DNA of 60,816 nucleotides, the filler included, from Hausera hauseri (Eukaryota): the NCBI GenBank assembly GCA_046269625.1. It is 12 parts of 12 records of this genome, joined end to end, with 100 filler letters (N's around TTAATTAATTAA, not from the genome) between each part and the next. Parts side by side here need not be neighbours in the genome. Positions count along the whole stretch, not along the records: positions 1 to 7,090 come from JBJURY010038445.1; positions 7,191 to 12,080 come from JBJURY010401923.1; positions 12,181 to 18,269 come from JBJURY010142315.1; 9 more parts are not named here. The stretch is one strand, 5' to 3'. The position numbers and the translations under genes are program-made. Below are positions 1-13,439 of this stretch, in pieces. How positions within the stretch are numbered: the stretch's first letter is position 1; each line of letters opens with the position of its first letter. A model generated the notes under the pieces. That model saw only the letters and a list, made by a program, of their open reading frames with translations, was not told the DNA's origin and did no database searches.

Positions 1-173
1 AAGTTATATTGTTACTAAATAAATGTGTTATGAAATTAGTTGGTCTTAACCTATATAGTAGTTACTTAGTTTTACTTTGCCTTATCCTATATCCCACATT
101 ACTTGATCAAGAAGACAACATGATATTTCTGTATAACATTTATTAAAAAAAGAATAACAATGAATAACAATAT

Positions 174-2540
174 TTACCATGCCACATGTCCGTGAGGTAG
201 TGTGTGGATTCCATCTTCAAAAATGTGCCTTTTGTCATCGAACCAATCGAGACTTTTCTTCCGCAGCACAACCGTGGCAATCTGATGTTCCCGGGACTGG
301 ATCCTCTTCATTTCGCTGACGATGTGAGTTTGTTCCCGCAAAAATCTCTCAAAATCTACAAAGCCTATGTCTTTAGCTAATGTGGCCCTTTGAACTCCCT
401 TAACCCGCTTCCTTACCTGACCACTTCCATAGATGGCGTACATTTTTGATCTGAACGCAACGAAACGGGTGATGATCTTCCCATTCACATCGTCTTTAAA
501 CTTCCCCAGGACCTTCTTATTGACGGTTGAGTAATTTGGATGATCCTTCAAATAGTCCGAGGTATCCATATACTGCGCCAATTTTGCAAACTTTTCGAAA
601 ACATCATCTGTGTGGATCTGGTATATGAAACTGTCCGTATCCATGTACATTAGCTGGAGCTCCTTGAATGTGGGTACTATGATGTTGTAATGAAAGTCAT
701 ACATTAAGGTCTTGGATAGATCCAATATTGACATGCCCACATATATAGGCTTGTTGAACTCAAATGATGTCTTGAGCATATGGATGCTCACCAGGTTCTC
801 CGTGTAGATTGTGCTTCTGTGGAAGTTGGGCTTAGCGATGACTTTCTTTGCCTTCTTCCAGTCACATACAAGCTCGATGTTTATCCGGTTCCGGATGTTA
901 TCCATAGTTTTGCCAAAGACCGAGTTGTTATACAGATTGAATTGGTCCTTTTCAAACTCGTTTTTGGCATTGGCCCTCAACTGGATATTGAGGTCTATAT
1001 ATGGATTCAACCATTTGGACTGGCTGAACTGCAGGGCCCGATGAATCCTGATGACTCGGAGTCCATTTTGGATGGCCTGTTGGAGGTTTATGTAGTGGGC
1101 TACATACCTCTCCCTGTTTTCGAGGTGACATAGCAGCTTCTTATGCTTACCATTTGGTGGCCTCTTACTCTCCGAGAGAAAAGGCAGCTGTTCATGCCTT
1201 GTGTGGATGCCATGTGGGTATTCCACGTCCACCTCCAGTATGTAGCCCGTATTGGGATCCATACCTTCATTGGGATCCATACCTTTAATATCCAGGACTT
1301 GCGGCTGCTCCACCCATTGAAAGTTATCATAGGGCAATGGGTTGCTCACTGACCATCCATACAGATTGTTGGCATCCAGGTATGATATATATATGAGGAT
1401 TCCTTGGATGTATCATAATCTACCATGTATTTGTTGTTGGCCTTACTGTACCTGTGAATGGCCTGGCAAATTCCGCCTCTGATGCCTCTAAATCATTAGG
1501 ACCATATTGCAATCCTTCAAGATCTGGAGCCTTATGCCGGTATAGCGCAGCATAGCTGCCCAACACATTCCTGGAGCTGTAAAGAAATGGACTGGATCTA
1601 ACTTGTGGCTCTTAAGGGTCACATCCCGGAAGCTTTCGAAGACATCAATAAGCAACAGAACATTTGTGAGGAGATAAATATCACTATATTCCCCCATTGT
1701 CCTGCACTGGAAGGTCTGCCATACTTTTTGAGCGTGCTCATAGTCAGCATTTCTAATATGACTGTATGACAACTGACTATAGATGTCCTCCTTGACCGGT
1801 AATGCATCTTCATCCAGTGCTTTCCATGACGTTATATAGTCATAGGGTAACACTCCTTTCCGCTTCACCAGGTCAAATGTATTTGGAAAGAACCTTTTCG
1901 TCTCCTTGAGCTCATCAGCTAGAAGGTTCTTCACGAGGCTGTCCAGTGACGAGCTCATGAAGTGGACGCTATCAATGAAGCAAAGTCTGATGTAGCCCAC
2001 ATGCCTCGTAAAGGTAATATACTTCTCCGTACTATTTAAAATCACATCAATGTTCCCTTCAATATTACCCAATTCTCGAACAATGAAGTGGGATTCGTAT
2101 TCACTAAGAATGTGGAATACAACGGGAAGATATGTACATGTCTTGCAGCGTAAGTTGCAATTGTTGCACGCTGCGCCTCGGTATATGCCTGTAAAATGGT
2201 AGTGATCCCTGACTTTGTGATTGTCCCATGTAAATGGCTTTCTGCATAAGTATCATGTTGATGCTTTGCGCCATTCACATTTTTCTTGCTGCGACATCAC
2301 AATGTAGTCCTTATGTTGCTGCAACATGTCTTCACGTTTGTGGGCATACTGTTCCAAACGCTGCATAAAATGTGCTGCTGCATTTACACCCCTCTATAGG
2401 TATGGTTCTTTATCCAGTCCTTCGGCATACATGCAGTATGATGATAATTCATGGTACTGGTATGATGTAGTACTGTTCTCTGTGGATTGGGGCTGTAGCT
2501 GTGAACTTGACTGAGGGTGGCCTCAGTCACAATATATGAC
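174..2540 (-). pseudogene. Protein-primed family B DNA polymerase (Polinton/adintovirus type), 5'-truncated and frameshifted; copy 1
   Basis: Polymerase motifs YLDANNLYGW, NLYNNSVFGKT and YMDTDS; exonuclease-region motifs FIDS and RKGVLPYDY; endonuclease-VII-like DHYHFTGIYRGAACNNCNL. Split over ORFs 174-1349 and 1488-2072; homology ends near 2540. Confidence 0.92.
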
Positions 2541-3797
2541 TGTTATGTATTTATAGTAAATATCCGTTGAGAGACTGAGAATTGAAATTAAATTCCAAAA
2601 TGATTTGTAGAAACAGGAAATTCGAACTGAAATGGTAGCTTCAATACGTAAAATTTACAATTAAACAGTTAATAAATCAAAATGGCGAAATTAATCTTTT
2701 ATTCAAAAGTTCTCAACTTGTAGTAAATAATTTACAATATTAAAACAAATCAATTTTTTTCACTGTCAAATACATTTGTGCAGTCACTAGTTGGCTCATC
2801 TGAAGATGTCTCGTAACAGACTCCGTTGCTACATGATTCATTTCGACATGATTTATACAATTATTTTGATGGTGCTGCCAAATGCTGAGATTGATTGAAT
2901 CTGAATGATATTTCACATTGAATATACCTATTTGGAAATAGACTGGATTTGGTTCTGCTTAGCCGATTTTGGGTAATTGACTAGCCATAATTTGGCATAA
3001 TTTTCTGATCCAGCTTTCCTTTGTTAAATTATTGGATATTTTAGTCATTGGTAAATTATTACGAATTTTCAATCCGCCAGTATTTTTATCCACCATAAAG
3101 TTAATCAATAGTGGAACATATTTACAAATTATACAACCATAAATTTCAGTCAGGTTAACAAATTTCTCATTGCCCAACCATTTCACATGAATTCGAGGAT
3201 GATAGCTTGTCAGTCCAGCCAATAAATTCACAGCCAATTGATTCCCATTTCCAGCACGACTGTACAACAAAGTCTCTCCTACTGTTGTCAATGGCACATT
3301 AATTGATAAGGACTATGGAAATTTGTCCTCATTCACCTAAGGGAAGTTCCACTCTAAATAACTCGATTCACCTTGTCTGACGTCATATTCTGCATTAATC
3401 CATCGGCCGCCAATTATCAATAAAATTACTATCAAAATCATCAGTAATAAATTATTTCCTCAATTTTTTATTAGTACTCGCAAATTTCATTGGCAATTTC
3501 TAGAAAATCAATATAAATAAAATCAGACAAAATTTAAAATGATATTTCAATAATTGAGGATCAGTTACGCAACAGATCGACATTGCCCACACTGCTTCCA
3601 AATGAATCAGAACTGAGAAATGCCTGATCGTTACCTGTACAATTACTGCTATTGGGATTTGTAGGACTCATTCGATTGCATTATTGTTCGACTGCGTAAT
3701 CTCAAATGATTCTGCTAGGATGGATTGTATTAGCGACTATATCGTCGGCCAACTGTAGAATTTACCGCAGTTTAAGGATTGTAATTCACGGGATTGG

Positions 3798-4088
3798 TGT
3801 TACGTGTTCCACGAGACATCAAAATTTGTACGGACTTGTGAATGACGATAGCGATTCTTTATCGAATGAGATTAACGTTAAATCGATCTGTTTTTAATAT
3901 ACAATCAGAAAATCAACGGACACCGTTTTTCGTCTCTTGTTCACCGCTGCGATCATATAGTGCCGTTTGGAGGCGGAAGATCGGGGCCCGCCTATTGGCC
4001 CGATGAGGCGGCAACGGAGGCCTGGCCGTGCCCAACCGAATGGGCCAGAGGGCAGCGGTCGATGTGGGCACCACATCACCCCCCGTGG
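3798..4088 (-). repeat. Polypurine tract and 3' LTR of Gypsy copy A1
   Basis: The minus strand reads CCACGGGGGGTGA then TGTGGTGCC (LTR start at 4075). A similar PPT/TG(T)RG junction occurs in three other copies. The distal LTR end (about 3798) is a guess. Confidence 0.7.
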
Positions 4089-4152
4089 CAAAGTTAAAAC
4101 TATAAACAGTAAAAGGACAGAGAGAAAATTCGCAAAACGAAAAGTGTCTGTG

Positions 4153-7090
4153 TCAGTTGAGCTTAGTGTGAATAAGACGTTGAGTACCTTCGACTGATTT
4201 TTCCCTACTATACTTGCTGAACGTGACTGCTTGTTGTGTGTTTATGCGATGTGTTTGTTTGCAGAGATTGAAGTTGGGGAAAAAATTGTTAAATTTTGGT
4301 GTAGGTATTGTGTCGTGCGAAGATGAGTCGGAATAAAGAAAAGAAAAAGACGAAGAAGGAAGAGGGATTGTTGAAGACGGATGGTTAAAGGCATTGAAAA
4401 GAGTGTTAGAAGACGAAGGAGTGATGAAATATGTAGTGGCGAATAAAGGAAGAGACAAAAAAGTTAGAGTAGAGATTGGAATTGTGTTCAGTAAAAGAGT
4501 GGAAGAAGAAGATGATACAGAGGGAGTGGTAGGAATAGAAGTAAAAAGTGTAGAAAATGATGGAGCAGCACTAGGCGCGGAAAAGGAAGGTGGAAATGAT
4601 GTAGCAATAGATATAGGGATAGCAGGGAGTGGAAAAGTGAGAAAAGAGGTTGACATGTCGGTTGGTAAAATGTCGTCGACAAAGAAAGCGGGTTTAAGTT
4701 GGTAATGTGTACCGTAAAGTCTTTGCCGTCTTTAGAGATGATGGTGTTGTGTGAGTGGAGCTGTATAAGTTTATAGGGCCCCAGGTACCATGGCTGAAAA
4801 CCCCAAGGCGCTTGATTCTTTAGACATATGAATTTCGCCGAATACAAATCTACAAGTACGTATGTTTTGTCTTTGTGAAGTAGCCTGCAGAACGAATCTT
4901 TGCTAACCTCGACGAAGTTATTTTGCGCTGCCCGTATAGTCTCATCCGTGGGAGTGTCGTATAGAACGGTTAATTCGAATAATGATCGTACAGGAGCTCC
5001 GAATAAGGCTTCAGTAGGTGAACATTCCGTAGGACGGAGTGTTCCGCGAGCCCAGCAAAACAAACAGAAGAAGATTCGTCCAACTAGTGTTGGACTCTGC
5101 CAGAATTCTTAGTGACGTTTTCAATGTTCGGTGGAAGCGTTCAAGGAGGCCATTTGATTGGGGATGGTAAGGTGTAGTATGTATGTGATGGATCCCTAAT
5201 CGGTTAACAAGGGATTTAAACAGGTTGGATTTAAACTGTGGACCCTGGTCCGTGATGATGAAGCGAGGTGATCCAAACCCGCTAATTCATGTGCGAATGA
5301 AAACCTCAATTATGGTATCAGTGTTCGTGCTCCGCAGATGGATGGCTTCTGGCCATCGCGAGGAACGGTCCATCATGGTGAGAATGAATTGATGACCGTT
5401 GCCTGAAGGAAGAGGGCCAACGATGTCGATATGCACGGATTTAAAACGCGATGTACAGGGGAAGTGGAGCAGTGGTGGCCTTAAATGCCTAGTTGTTTTG
5501 AATTTTTGGCAAGCCACACACTCCTTAATCCATGCCTACACATCAAAACGCATTGACGGCCATATTACTTGTCGATGGAGTAAACGAAAAGTGGCTTTAG
5601 CACCAGGGTGGTGTAGCGAATGTACGCTATTAAATGCTTGCCTTTGCAATGATGGTGCTAGAATTATTACGGAATGACATGGTTTGGAAGTGCCTAAAGC
5701 CACACCGTCAACAATTGTGCAAGACGTTAAAGAATTAAGCATGTTTTAAGGTGGCTGGTTCTGTTGAAGTTGAGCTTGCGTAAAAATCTGAGAAAAATTA
5801 ATCGAACTAACCGACCTAGATAGAAAATCGGCAACTAAAATATTAACTCCATTAATATGTTTTATGTCGAAGTTAAATGTCGGCAAGTATGATATCTGTC
5901 CTTCTTGGTGTGTGGAAGGATGTTTCATAGCCATGATGTTAAGTAAAAATTTGTAATCGGTTTTTATAGTAAAATGGCGAGCGATAAGTAGGTGGGAGAA
6001 ATGCTTTAAAGCAAGAACGATGGCCAATAACTCTCGATTGAACGTTGAATATCTAGTTTCAAGGGATGTAGCTTGCAAGAGAAAAATTCTAGCTGTTGAT
6101 TTTCTCCTTTGTAGATCTGATGGAGTACAGCACCTACCGCAGTGGTTGAAGCGTTTGTAGTAAGGATGAGTTTTGCGTCAGGCTAGGGGAAATCAAGAAT
6201 GTCGACGGTCTTAATTCCTTCGCGTAGCTTATCAAATTTGCCTAGTAACTCAGGTGTCCACTGGATTGGATGATGTTTTTTCCACCATTTAAGTGTGCAA
6301 ATGGTGCTGTCAATTCGGAGCAATATGGTATATATTTATGTATAAAGTGTACCGTACCTAGGAAGCTGCGCATTTTGGTGGTCGTACAAGGCAATTGGAT
6401 ATTTTTAAGTGCTTCAACTCTGTCTGCTTGAGGAGAGTGGCCGTCTGGTGAAATAACATGGCCTAGAAAGCTGATGCACTTTTTGAAGAAATGGCACTTG
6501 TCAAAACTGACTTGGAGATTATGGTGGTTAAGGCGTTGGAATATTGCGCGAAGGTGTTTCTCGTGTTGTTTGGCCGAAGATGAAACGATCAGAATATTAT
6601 CAATATAAGGGTGCACAAACAAGAAATCTTAGAGAATTGAGTCGATATGTCGCCGAAGAGTCTGGGTGGAATTTCGCAAACCGAATGGTATAAACAGGTA
6701 CTCGTAGAGGCCAAAATGAGTAGTGACAGCGGTTTTTTCTGTCTTCGGGAGCCACCGTTATTTGGTGGTATGCTTGACCAAATCGATGGTCGAATAAATG
6801 GTAGTTGAATTAAGGTGATTCAAGATGTCCTTGATGAGTGGTAAGGGGTACGCATCCATGATTGTCAAGTTGTTCAACTGGTGGTAGTCACCGCATGGTC
6901 TAAAAGTACCGTCCTTTTTTTACAATGTGTAAAGGTGACGACCAAGAAGATTTGAAACGGAGTACAATGTCGAAGCGCTCTAATTCGCGAAATTCGGCTT
7001 CTACACCATGTCTACGACGAAGTGACAGTGGTCGTATCTTTTGGCGTATTGGCCGTTGATGCTGTATAATTATGTGATGTACAGGGCTGT
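4153..7090 (-). mobile_element. Ty3/Gypsy LTR retrotransposon family A, degenerate pol (RT-RNaseH-integrase); copy A1
   Basis: RT HPYIDNIL, RNaseH YSTFNRELLAI, integrase HHPG...CMAC, VHIDIVGPLP, TTPYHPQSNG and a GPY motif, in RT-RH-IN order. Many stops and frameshifts. Confidence 0.95.
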
Positions 7091-7190
7091 NNNNNNNNNN
7101 NNNNNNNNNNNNNNNNNNNNNNNNNNNNNNNNNNTTAATTAATTAANNNNNNNNNNNNNNNNNNNNNNNNNNNNNNNNNNNNNNNNNNNN
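7091..7190. other. Artificial contig spacer (N44-TTAATTAATTAA-N44)
   Basis: Identical 100-bp spacer with stops in all six frames. It recurs at 12081, 18270, 23855, 28275, 33286, 37613, 41774, 46158, 51665 and 56671, so adjacency across spacers means nothing. Confidence 0.98.
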
Positions 7191-7400
7191 GTAGGATGCT
7201 CTTCAAATAATCGTTTTCCAACTTCACTTCAGCTGATTTTATCTCCTCTTCGACTCACTCTTGTCAAATCTTTACAGCAGAATTTCTCTTAAAACGATTT
7301 TCAGTTTTTCTCTAAGAAGAGTTTTCTCTTCCATAAATTTTTCTCACTTCGAAGCAACTACCACAACTCTCTCTGTCTCTCGAATGGCGTTCTTTATATA
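7191..7400 (-). other. Possible degenerate small gene downstream of pPolB copy 2
   Basis: TATATAAA on the minus strand at 7393-7400, ATG at 7334, then MEEKTLLREKLKIVLREILL* and an E/K-rich continuation. No homology recognised. Confidence 0.3.
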
Positions 7401-7642
7401 CTGTCGTTATTTGACAGGATCCGTTACATAATTCATTTTTATACATTTTTGTGAATTTTCGACAATTTTCATGAGAATAACACACCGACTTTGCTGATTA
7501 GATCATTTTTGATTGTGAATTATTTTAATACTCCGGCGAATATTTTAATAAGATCGAAATACCAGCTTCGAAAAATTTGCAACATTTTTGTCCTCAAAAA
7601 GATTTATTACTAGATATTATAACAATAATATAACAAGGCTGT

Positions 7643-10600
7643 TTACAGCGTGTCCATAATTGCTACATGTCCGTGAGGCAGTGTGTAGATTCTGTCGTCC
7701 ATAATGTGCCGTTTGTCGTCGAACCTGTCCAAGCTCTTCTTCTGGGCGATATTGTTTGTATTTGATAGTCAAAAGACTGTGTTCGCTTCATTTCTGATGA
7801 TATAAATCTGTTCCTGCGGAACTCTCACATAGTCAGCGAAACTGATTTTCTTTTCCCAGGTGTTTTTTAACACCCTTGGTCCGCGTGTTTACTTGGCCAC
7901 ATAAATTAATGGCGTACATTTTTGATTTTAACGCCACGAATTTTGAGATGATTACTCCACGCACCTCATCTTTGAATTTGTCAAGGACCTTTTTGTTCTT
8001 AACAGAGAAGTTCCTATGGTCTTTTGGATAGTAGGACGTATCCATATGCTGCGTCAACTGAGCAAAGCCCTCATAGGTGTCGTCAATATGGATCTGATAT
8101 GAAATATCAGTATCCATATACATAAGCTGCAGAATTTGGAATGTGGGGACCATGATGTCGCAATGGAAGTCGTAAATTAAGATTTTTATATCCTGTATTG
8201 ACATGTCCACATACATTGGCTTGTTGAACTCAAGCGATGTTTTCAGCATAAGAATTCTGACCAGGTTCTCCGTGTATATGGTACTGTCGTAAAAGTTTGG
8301 CTTAGCAATCAGCTTCTTCACCCTTTCCTAATGACAAACCAGTTCTAAGTTGATTCTCTCTTATGTTTCCCATCGTTTTGCATAAAAACGCTGTTGTTAT
8401 ACAGCTTGAATTGGTCTTTCTAGAAATAGCTTTTGTCTTTGACCCGCAGCTGAGTGTTAAAGGAATGTATGGCTGCTGCCACATGGACTGGCTGAATTGC
8501 AGAATCCGATGGATCTTCATGAATCTGTTTATTCTTCATTGCTTGTTGGAGATTGATGTAATGGGCTAAGTACCTTGCCCTGTTTTCCAGACGGCAGAGC
8601 AGCTTTCTATGTTTACCATTAGGTGGTTGCTTGTTCTCAGGGAGGAAAGTTAACTGTTCATGCCTTGAGTGGATAAAATATGGGTATTTAACATCCACCT
8701 CAAGTATGTATCCCGTATCTCCATTGGGATTTACATCTTGTATTGCGATGTCCTCGAGATGCTTGATCTATAGGAAATTATCATACAGCAATGGGGCGCT
8801 CATTGCCCATCCAGATATATTGTTGGCATTCAAGTAGTTAATATATGAGGATGTCTTGGATGAATCGTATTTGGCCATATACTTGTTATTGGCCTCACTA
8901 TACCCGTGAATGGTCTGGAATATTCCACCTATAATGCCTCTCTCGATCATGAGGATCATATCACAATCCTTCAAAATCTGCAATCTAATACCGGTATATC
9001 GCAGCATAGCTGCCCAACTCATTCCCGGAGCTGTGAAGAAATGAGCTGGATCGAACTTGTGGCTTGCAAGTATTACATACCGGGAGCTTTCAAAGACATC
9101 TTTTAGCAGCAGCAGAGAAATATATCACTGTATTCTCCTATTGTCCTACATTTGAATGCTTTTCAGACCTTTTATGCATGTTGATAAACCGCATCGCTGA
9201 TATCACTGTCTCCGAGCTGACAGTACAAGTCTTTCTTGCCGATAATGCTGTTTCGTCCGGTGTTTTATATGATGTGATGTAATCATAGAGAAACACTCCT
9301 TTCCTCTTGATTAAGCCAAATGTAATAGGAATGAACAGCTTTGTCTCCTTAATATCTTCTGCTGGATGGTTCTTCACGAGACTGTCAAGTGAAGAAGATG
9401 TGAATTGAAAACTGTCTACGAAGCGGAGTCTGACTTTTCAAACATATTTCGTAAATGTGACATATTTTTCCTCGATGTTGTGAATCATATCGATGTTATT
9501 TTCAATGTTTCCCAATTCTCGGACTACTAAATGGGAGGTTATGGAATAATACAGGAACAAATGCTACTGTTCTGCAACGTAGACTACAACTGTTGCATGC
9601 TGCGCCTCGATATGTACCTGTAAAATGGCATTGATCCCTGACTTTGTGATTCTCCTTGGTGAAGGATTTAGAGCATAAGTTGTTGCTTACATGTTGTTGT
9701 CTTGCATCATTCTTCTTTGTGCTCCTTTGACATGGTCATTTTATCTAAATCCTTATGTAGCTTTAACATAACTTCAATCCTATTGGCCATTTCTTCTAAT
9801 CGCTTCATAAATTTTCCTGCTACATTTAGACCCCTGAATAGAAATTGCTTCTTGTCCAGTCCTTTCGCATTCATAGAATATGACAAGAGTTCGCGATATT
9901 GGTATGCCGTTGTGCTGTTATGTTGAGAACTCGGGCTAAAACTCTGAACTGGACGCAGGATTGCTTCAAAGTCACAATAAATGATTATTGGAACCTTGGG
10001 CTTCTTTCATTCTCTTTGAATTCTATATGATCTTCCTAGGGAAATTCTGTCCTGATAAAATAATTGTTGTTGCAGTACATCTTGCTCTCTGCAAGCCTCT
10101 CAATAGGTGCATCTCCACCGAAATGGGACTGACATCTTTTACAGATTTCAATTCTTCCATGATTTTGTGTTATTTGGGATTTTACTAGACGCTCAAAGTT
10201 CTTGATTCAAATGAAATGTTTCTGTTCTCCATCGTCTAGTAGGAACAGATGCCTATGACCTTCCAATTCGGCAACACATATTCGTAGGGGATAGAAATTA
10301 TTCTCCTCCAATCTAAAGTTATTAATGGATATATTATTGAGTTGCCCGAATTTTTTGACTTGATCTAAAGATGTGAAAATGCAATACTCGAGTAGCATTA
10401 TGTTGATCATTTATGAGTTTTGATAGAATGGGGTATTTAAAACACACTGCATCATCATTATGGACATTGGTGCATGCTTTTTTCTTAGAGATCCATTCCG
10501 GAAGCTGCATATAAGAGCTGCCAGCATGGGGGAAAACTTGTGCACAAAGACAAGCAATCCTTTTCTGGTTGCCAGAGTTCATCCACTCTTCCTACCCCGG

Positions 10601-11560
10601 CGGTCACCAGCTTCACGTATCAGCTTCGTATGTTTTTCATGCAGCCATTCTCAAATATTGGTGGTTTCCAATATTGGTCCATTTTTAGTCTTGAAGGCCC
10701 TATTTGATTCTCCGCCATCAACATTGGTGAATGTTGCCTCTAATTTTAAGTTGACTTTAAGGGCCTCGAGCTCCACCATATTATCTTGGACAATTCCCAC
10801 GGTCTCATCCTTTGTATATTCCAGAAACTCATGGAGTGTTGTTTGATCAGTTGCAGATATGACATAGCTTTGAACTTTTCTCTTCAATGCTGCTGTATCA
10901 ACTGGTCGCTGCCTTTGACTTTTTGGTAGAGCATCTGGAATGTCTGCCGCTGCGCGTGATGCCGCCGCACGTTTTAATCTTGTGTGCTGCTGTTGCACTG
11001 GCTGTGCAGCACCTGGAACTGGTTGTGCAGTTGCAACAGCAGGATTATATTGCTCATTGAAGATGGTCTTCTTGCACTTTGACTTTAAGTTTGTCAAATG
11101 AGCCTTGTAATTTTCATAAAAGTTCTTGTATAATGAGTCTCATACAGTCTCACAACCTGGACAAATATTATATTGGATCCGGTTGAATATGTGTACATAG
11201 TAGCGCTGTATTTTATAATGGCAGTTCTGCGGATTATGTGCTGCCGATGTGCAATACGCATAGGAACCGCAGTTTTGAACTTTTTGTATAACGTATGACA
11301 TAATCCACATATTTTTATTGAATATCTCTTTCTTCGACTTGGTAAAAGAAGTCAAATGTTTATGGATATTGTAGAATTCCTCATAACTGTTTCTGCACAC
11401 TACCCCATATGAGGGACATAAATTATGTTCAGTTCTGTTGTAATGGTAACTGAAGTATTTTTGCATTACATTTATGCAATTCTACGTCTCAGGAATCTGA
11501 ACCACACAGTCATTGTATAATGTACAATTGTAGAAATAGACCAACTAAAAAGCTCACCAT
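7643..11560 (-). pseudogene. Protein-primed PolB, near full length including N-terminal Cys/His repeats; copy 2
   Basis: Colinear with copies 1 and 4: Cys/His repeats, A/Q/P linker, ALKVNLKLEATF...GSSYMQLP...KKACTNVHN, endoVII-like motif, RKGVFLYDY, YLNANNISGW, YMDTD. Heavily frameshifted. Confidence 0.9.
11497..11557 (-). other. Predicted phase-0 GT-AG intron immediately after the pPolB start codon (copy 2)
   Basis: Minus strand AGA-ATG|GTGAGC...GTTCAG|ATT CCT GAG. Exon 2 is in frame with ORF 11140-11466 but carries one TAG where copy 4 has CAG. Copy 4 has the same arrangement. Confidence 0.75.
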
Positions 11561-12180
11561 TCTTTGAAGTGATTTCTGAAATAATGAGCAATATAACCAT
11601 ATCAACGCACACTGCGTTTTTANNNNNNNNNNAAATCCATATTTTGAATTTTACTGAATTTCGAATATTCTAGAACAAATTGTTTTAATGTATCAATTAC
11701 ATGAATTTGTTTACATGTTGTACTTGTCTCGTCAATGTTCTGCGTATATGTACCAACATTTGTTTTAATGCATCAAATACATGGACTGCACCGCGTCAAA
11801 TTTAACATATCATTAAGGTTTTCATATATGGGAAATCTAATGGACTAATCAGATGATTCGAATAATTTAAGCATTGACTGAGTTTTCGATTTCGAATATC
11901 TAATTAATCGATGTGGAATCTTGTTTTCAAATATCTGACGTAATATTCCAATTCCTCATATATGATTTCCTATATGTCTACTGTGAGGATATAATCGAGA
12001 ATGGACATTCTAAATTTAAATTAGAAACATTTATAAATTTTAAAAATTTAATTTAAAAGTGTAATATTAAAAGTATAATTNNNNNNNNNNNNNNNNNNNN
12101 NNNNNNNNNNNNNNNNNNNNNNNNTTAATTAATTAANNNNNNNNNNNNNNNNNNNNNNNNNNNNNNNNNNNNNNNNNNNN

Positions 12181-12269
12181 TCATCCTCATCCTCATCCTC
12201 ATCCTCATCCTCATCCTCATCCTCATCCTCATCCTCATCCTCATCCTCATCCTCATCATCATCATCATC
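12181..12269. repeat. (TCATCC)12 microsatellite grading into (TCA)n at the contig end
   Basis: Read directly from the sequence; the minus strand could encode poly-(Asp-Glu). Confidence 0.95.
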
Positions 12270-12417
12270 GTGGTATCGCTGGATGAAGGTATAATAAATG
12301 GACAAAATTTTCTTGAAGTAACATTTTAACTATGATTATGATCTTTCCGAAGCTGAAATTGCGGATTATGCACGATTAATTGGAATCTATCTAACAACCA
12401 AATAAAAATTTATGTAC
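12270..12417 (+). pseudogene. CEP164-like N-terminal fragment, frameshifted
   Basis: INGQNFLEV.../NYDYDLSEAEIADYARLIGIY resembles the CEP164 N-terminus ([33 protein letters not shown]). It has a frameshift and a stop, and no WW domain is seen. Confidence 0.55.
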
Positions 12418-13439
12418 TTCAGACATTTAAAAAAAGAGAATATATTAGCCAGAGAAAAGTCGGATTTTTGTTATTTTAATAAGTTTTTTACCAAAAACAA
12501 AATTTAATCAATTGTTGTAATCCACAAGATCGTTCGAAAAGATATAGTTTTTCTCATACCAATATTCAGACTTGTAATAATCGCTTAACTGGAAGGTACA
12601 GTCAGTATGAGCTCATGGTGACGTAAATTATTCTCAAACTGATGACCAAGCGATACTTTATGTGTCTTCGACACCTCGAGAAAAGACTGTTTTTGATGTT
12701 CTATATCTGCCAATAAGTCACACGTCATTCGTATCCGAATTGATAGGAAAGGTTTTTCAACCTAATTTAAGCGCAAATTCCAACAATGTTTGTGATGAAC
12801 TTTCAACTCCACCGATTGTGGAAATCACCGATCTCAATTCAATCTTGCCAAACAAAAGCACTCAGTGCATTTGTAGTTAATTCAACCCAAGATAATCTTT
12901 CGGAATTTTGTTTATCTACTACGAATTCTACCGATTCGATTAAATCTCAGATCTTTTCGACTGTACCATATCAACATACGAGTCGTCATGATAATCCAAT
13001 CGGACCGATAACGTTTAACAACTTTCAGGCTAATTCGAATGTCGATTTTTTCGGATTGGACTCAGATATCATTAAGCAGAATACCGATTTCAATTCTTCA
13101 CTGGGTAAAACCATGAATAGATCTAATCACAGTCCCTAGAATTCGGTCCTTATCCAGGAGCCCCCAGCAGTTATTTCACAAAATAAATAATAATAATAAT
13201 TTTCATCTTATCAATCAGCATAATACAAAAGCATAAATAAAATTACATATATATTTGTATACACGTATTAAGGTAGGCAAATCATCTTAAATAATTACTT
13301 TCTAACACAAAATAACACTAAAAAATACTACAAACTGTATAATTTGAAATAACTTACAACTATTTAACTCATAAAATTATGTACATTAACTTTACATAAA
13401 AAATAAAAAATATATTACATTAGAAATATTACAACGCGC

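Noticed and set aside
780-1352. Antisense and overlapping short ORFs across the polB, pol and bacterial genes
   Set aside because: They are shadow ORFs of real coding sequence on the other strand or frame, with no independent motifs.
2780-3420. Coding-like host fragment (ORF 2959-3297)
   Set aside because: It has in-frame stops on both sides and no family I can recognise, so no call is supportable.
174-7090. pPolB and Gypsy integrase as one composite element
   Set aside because: The integrase belongs to an RT-RH-IN pol with its own PPT and LTR, and about 1.2 kb of unrelated DNA separates the two.
7091-7190. Recurrent TTAATTAATTAA palindrome as a biological repeat
   Set aside because: It is always centred in an identical N padding, so it is an artificial linker.
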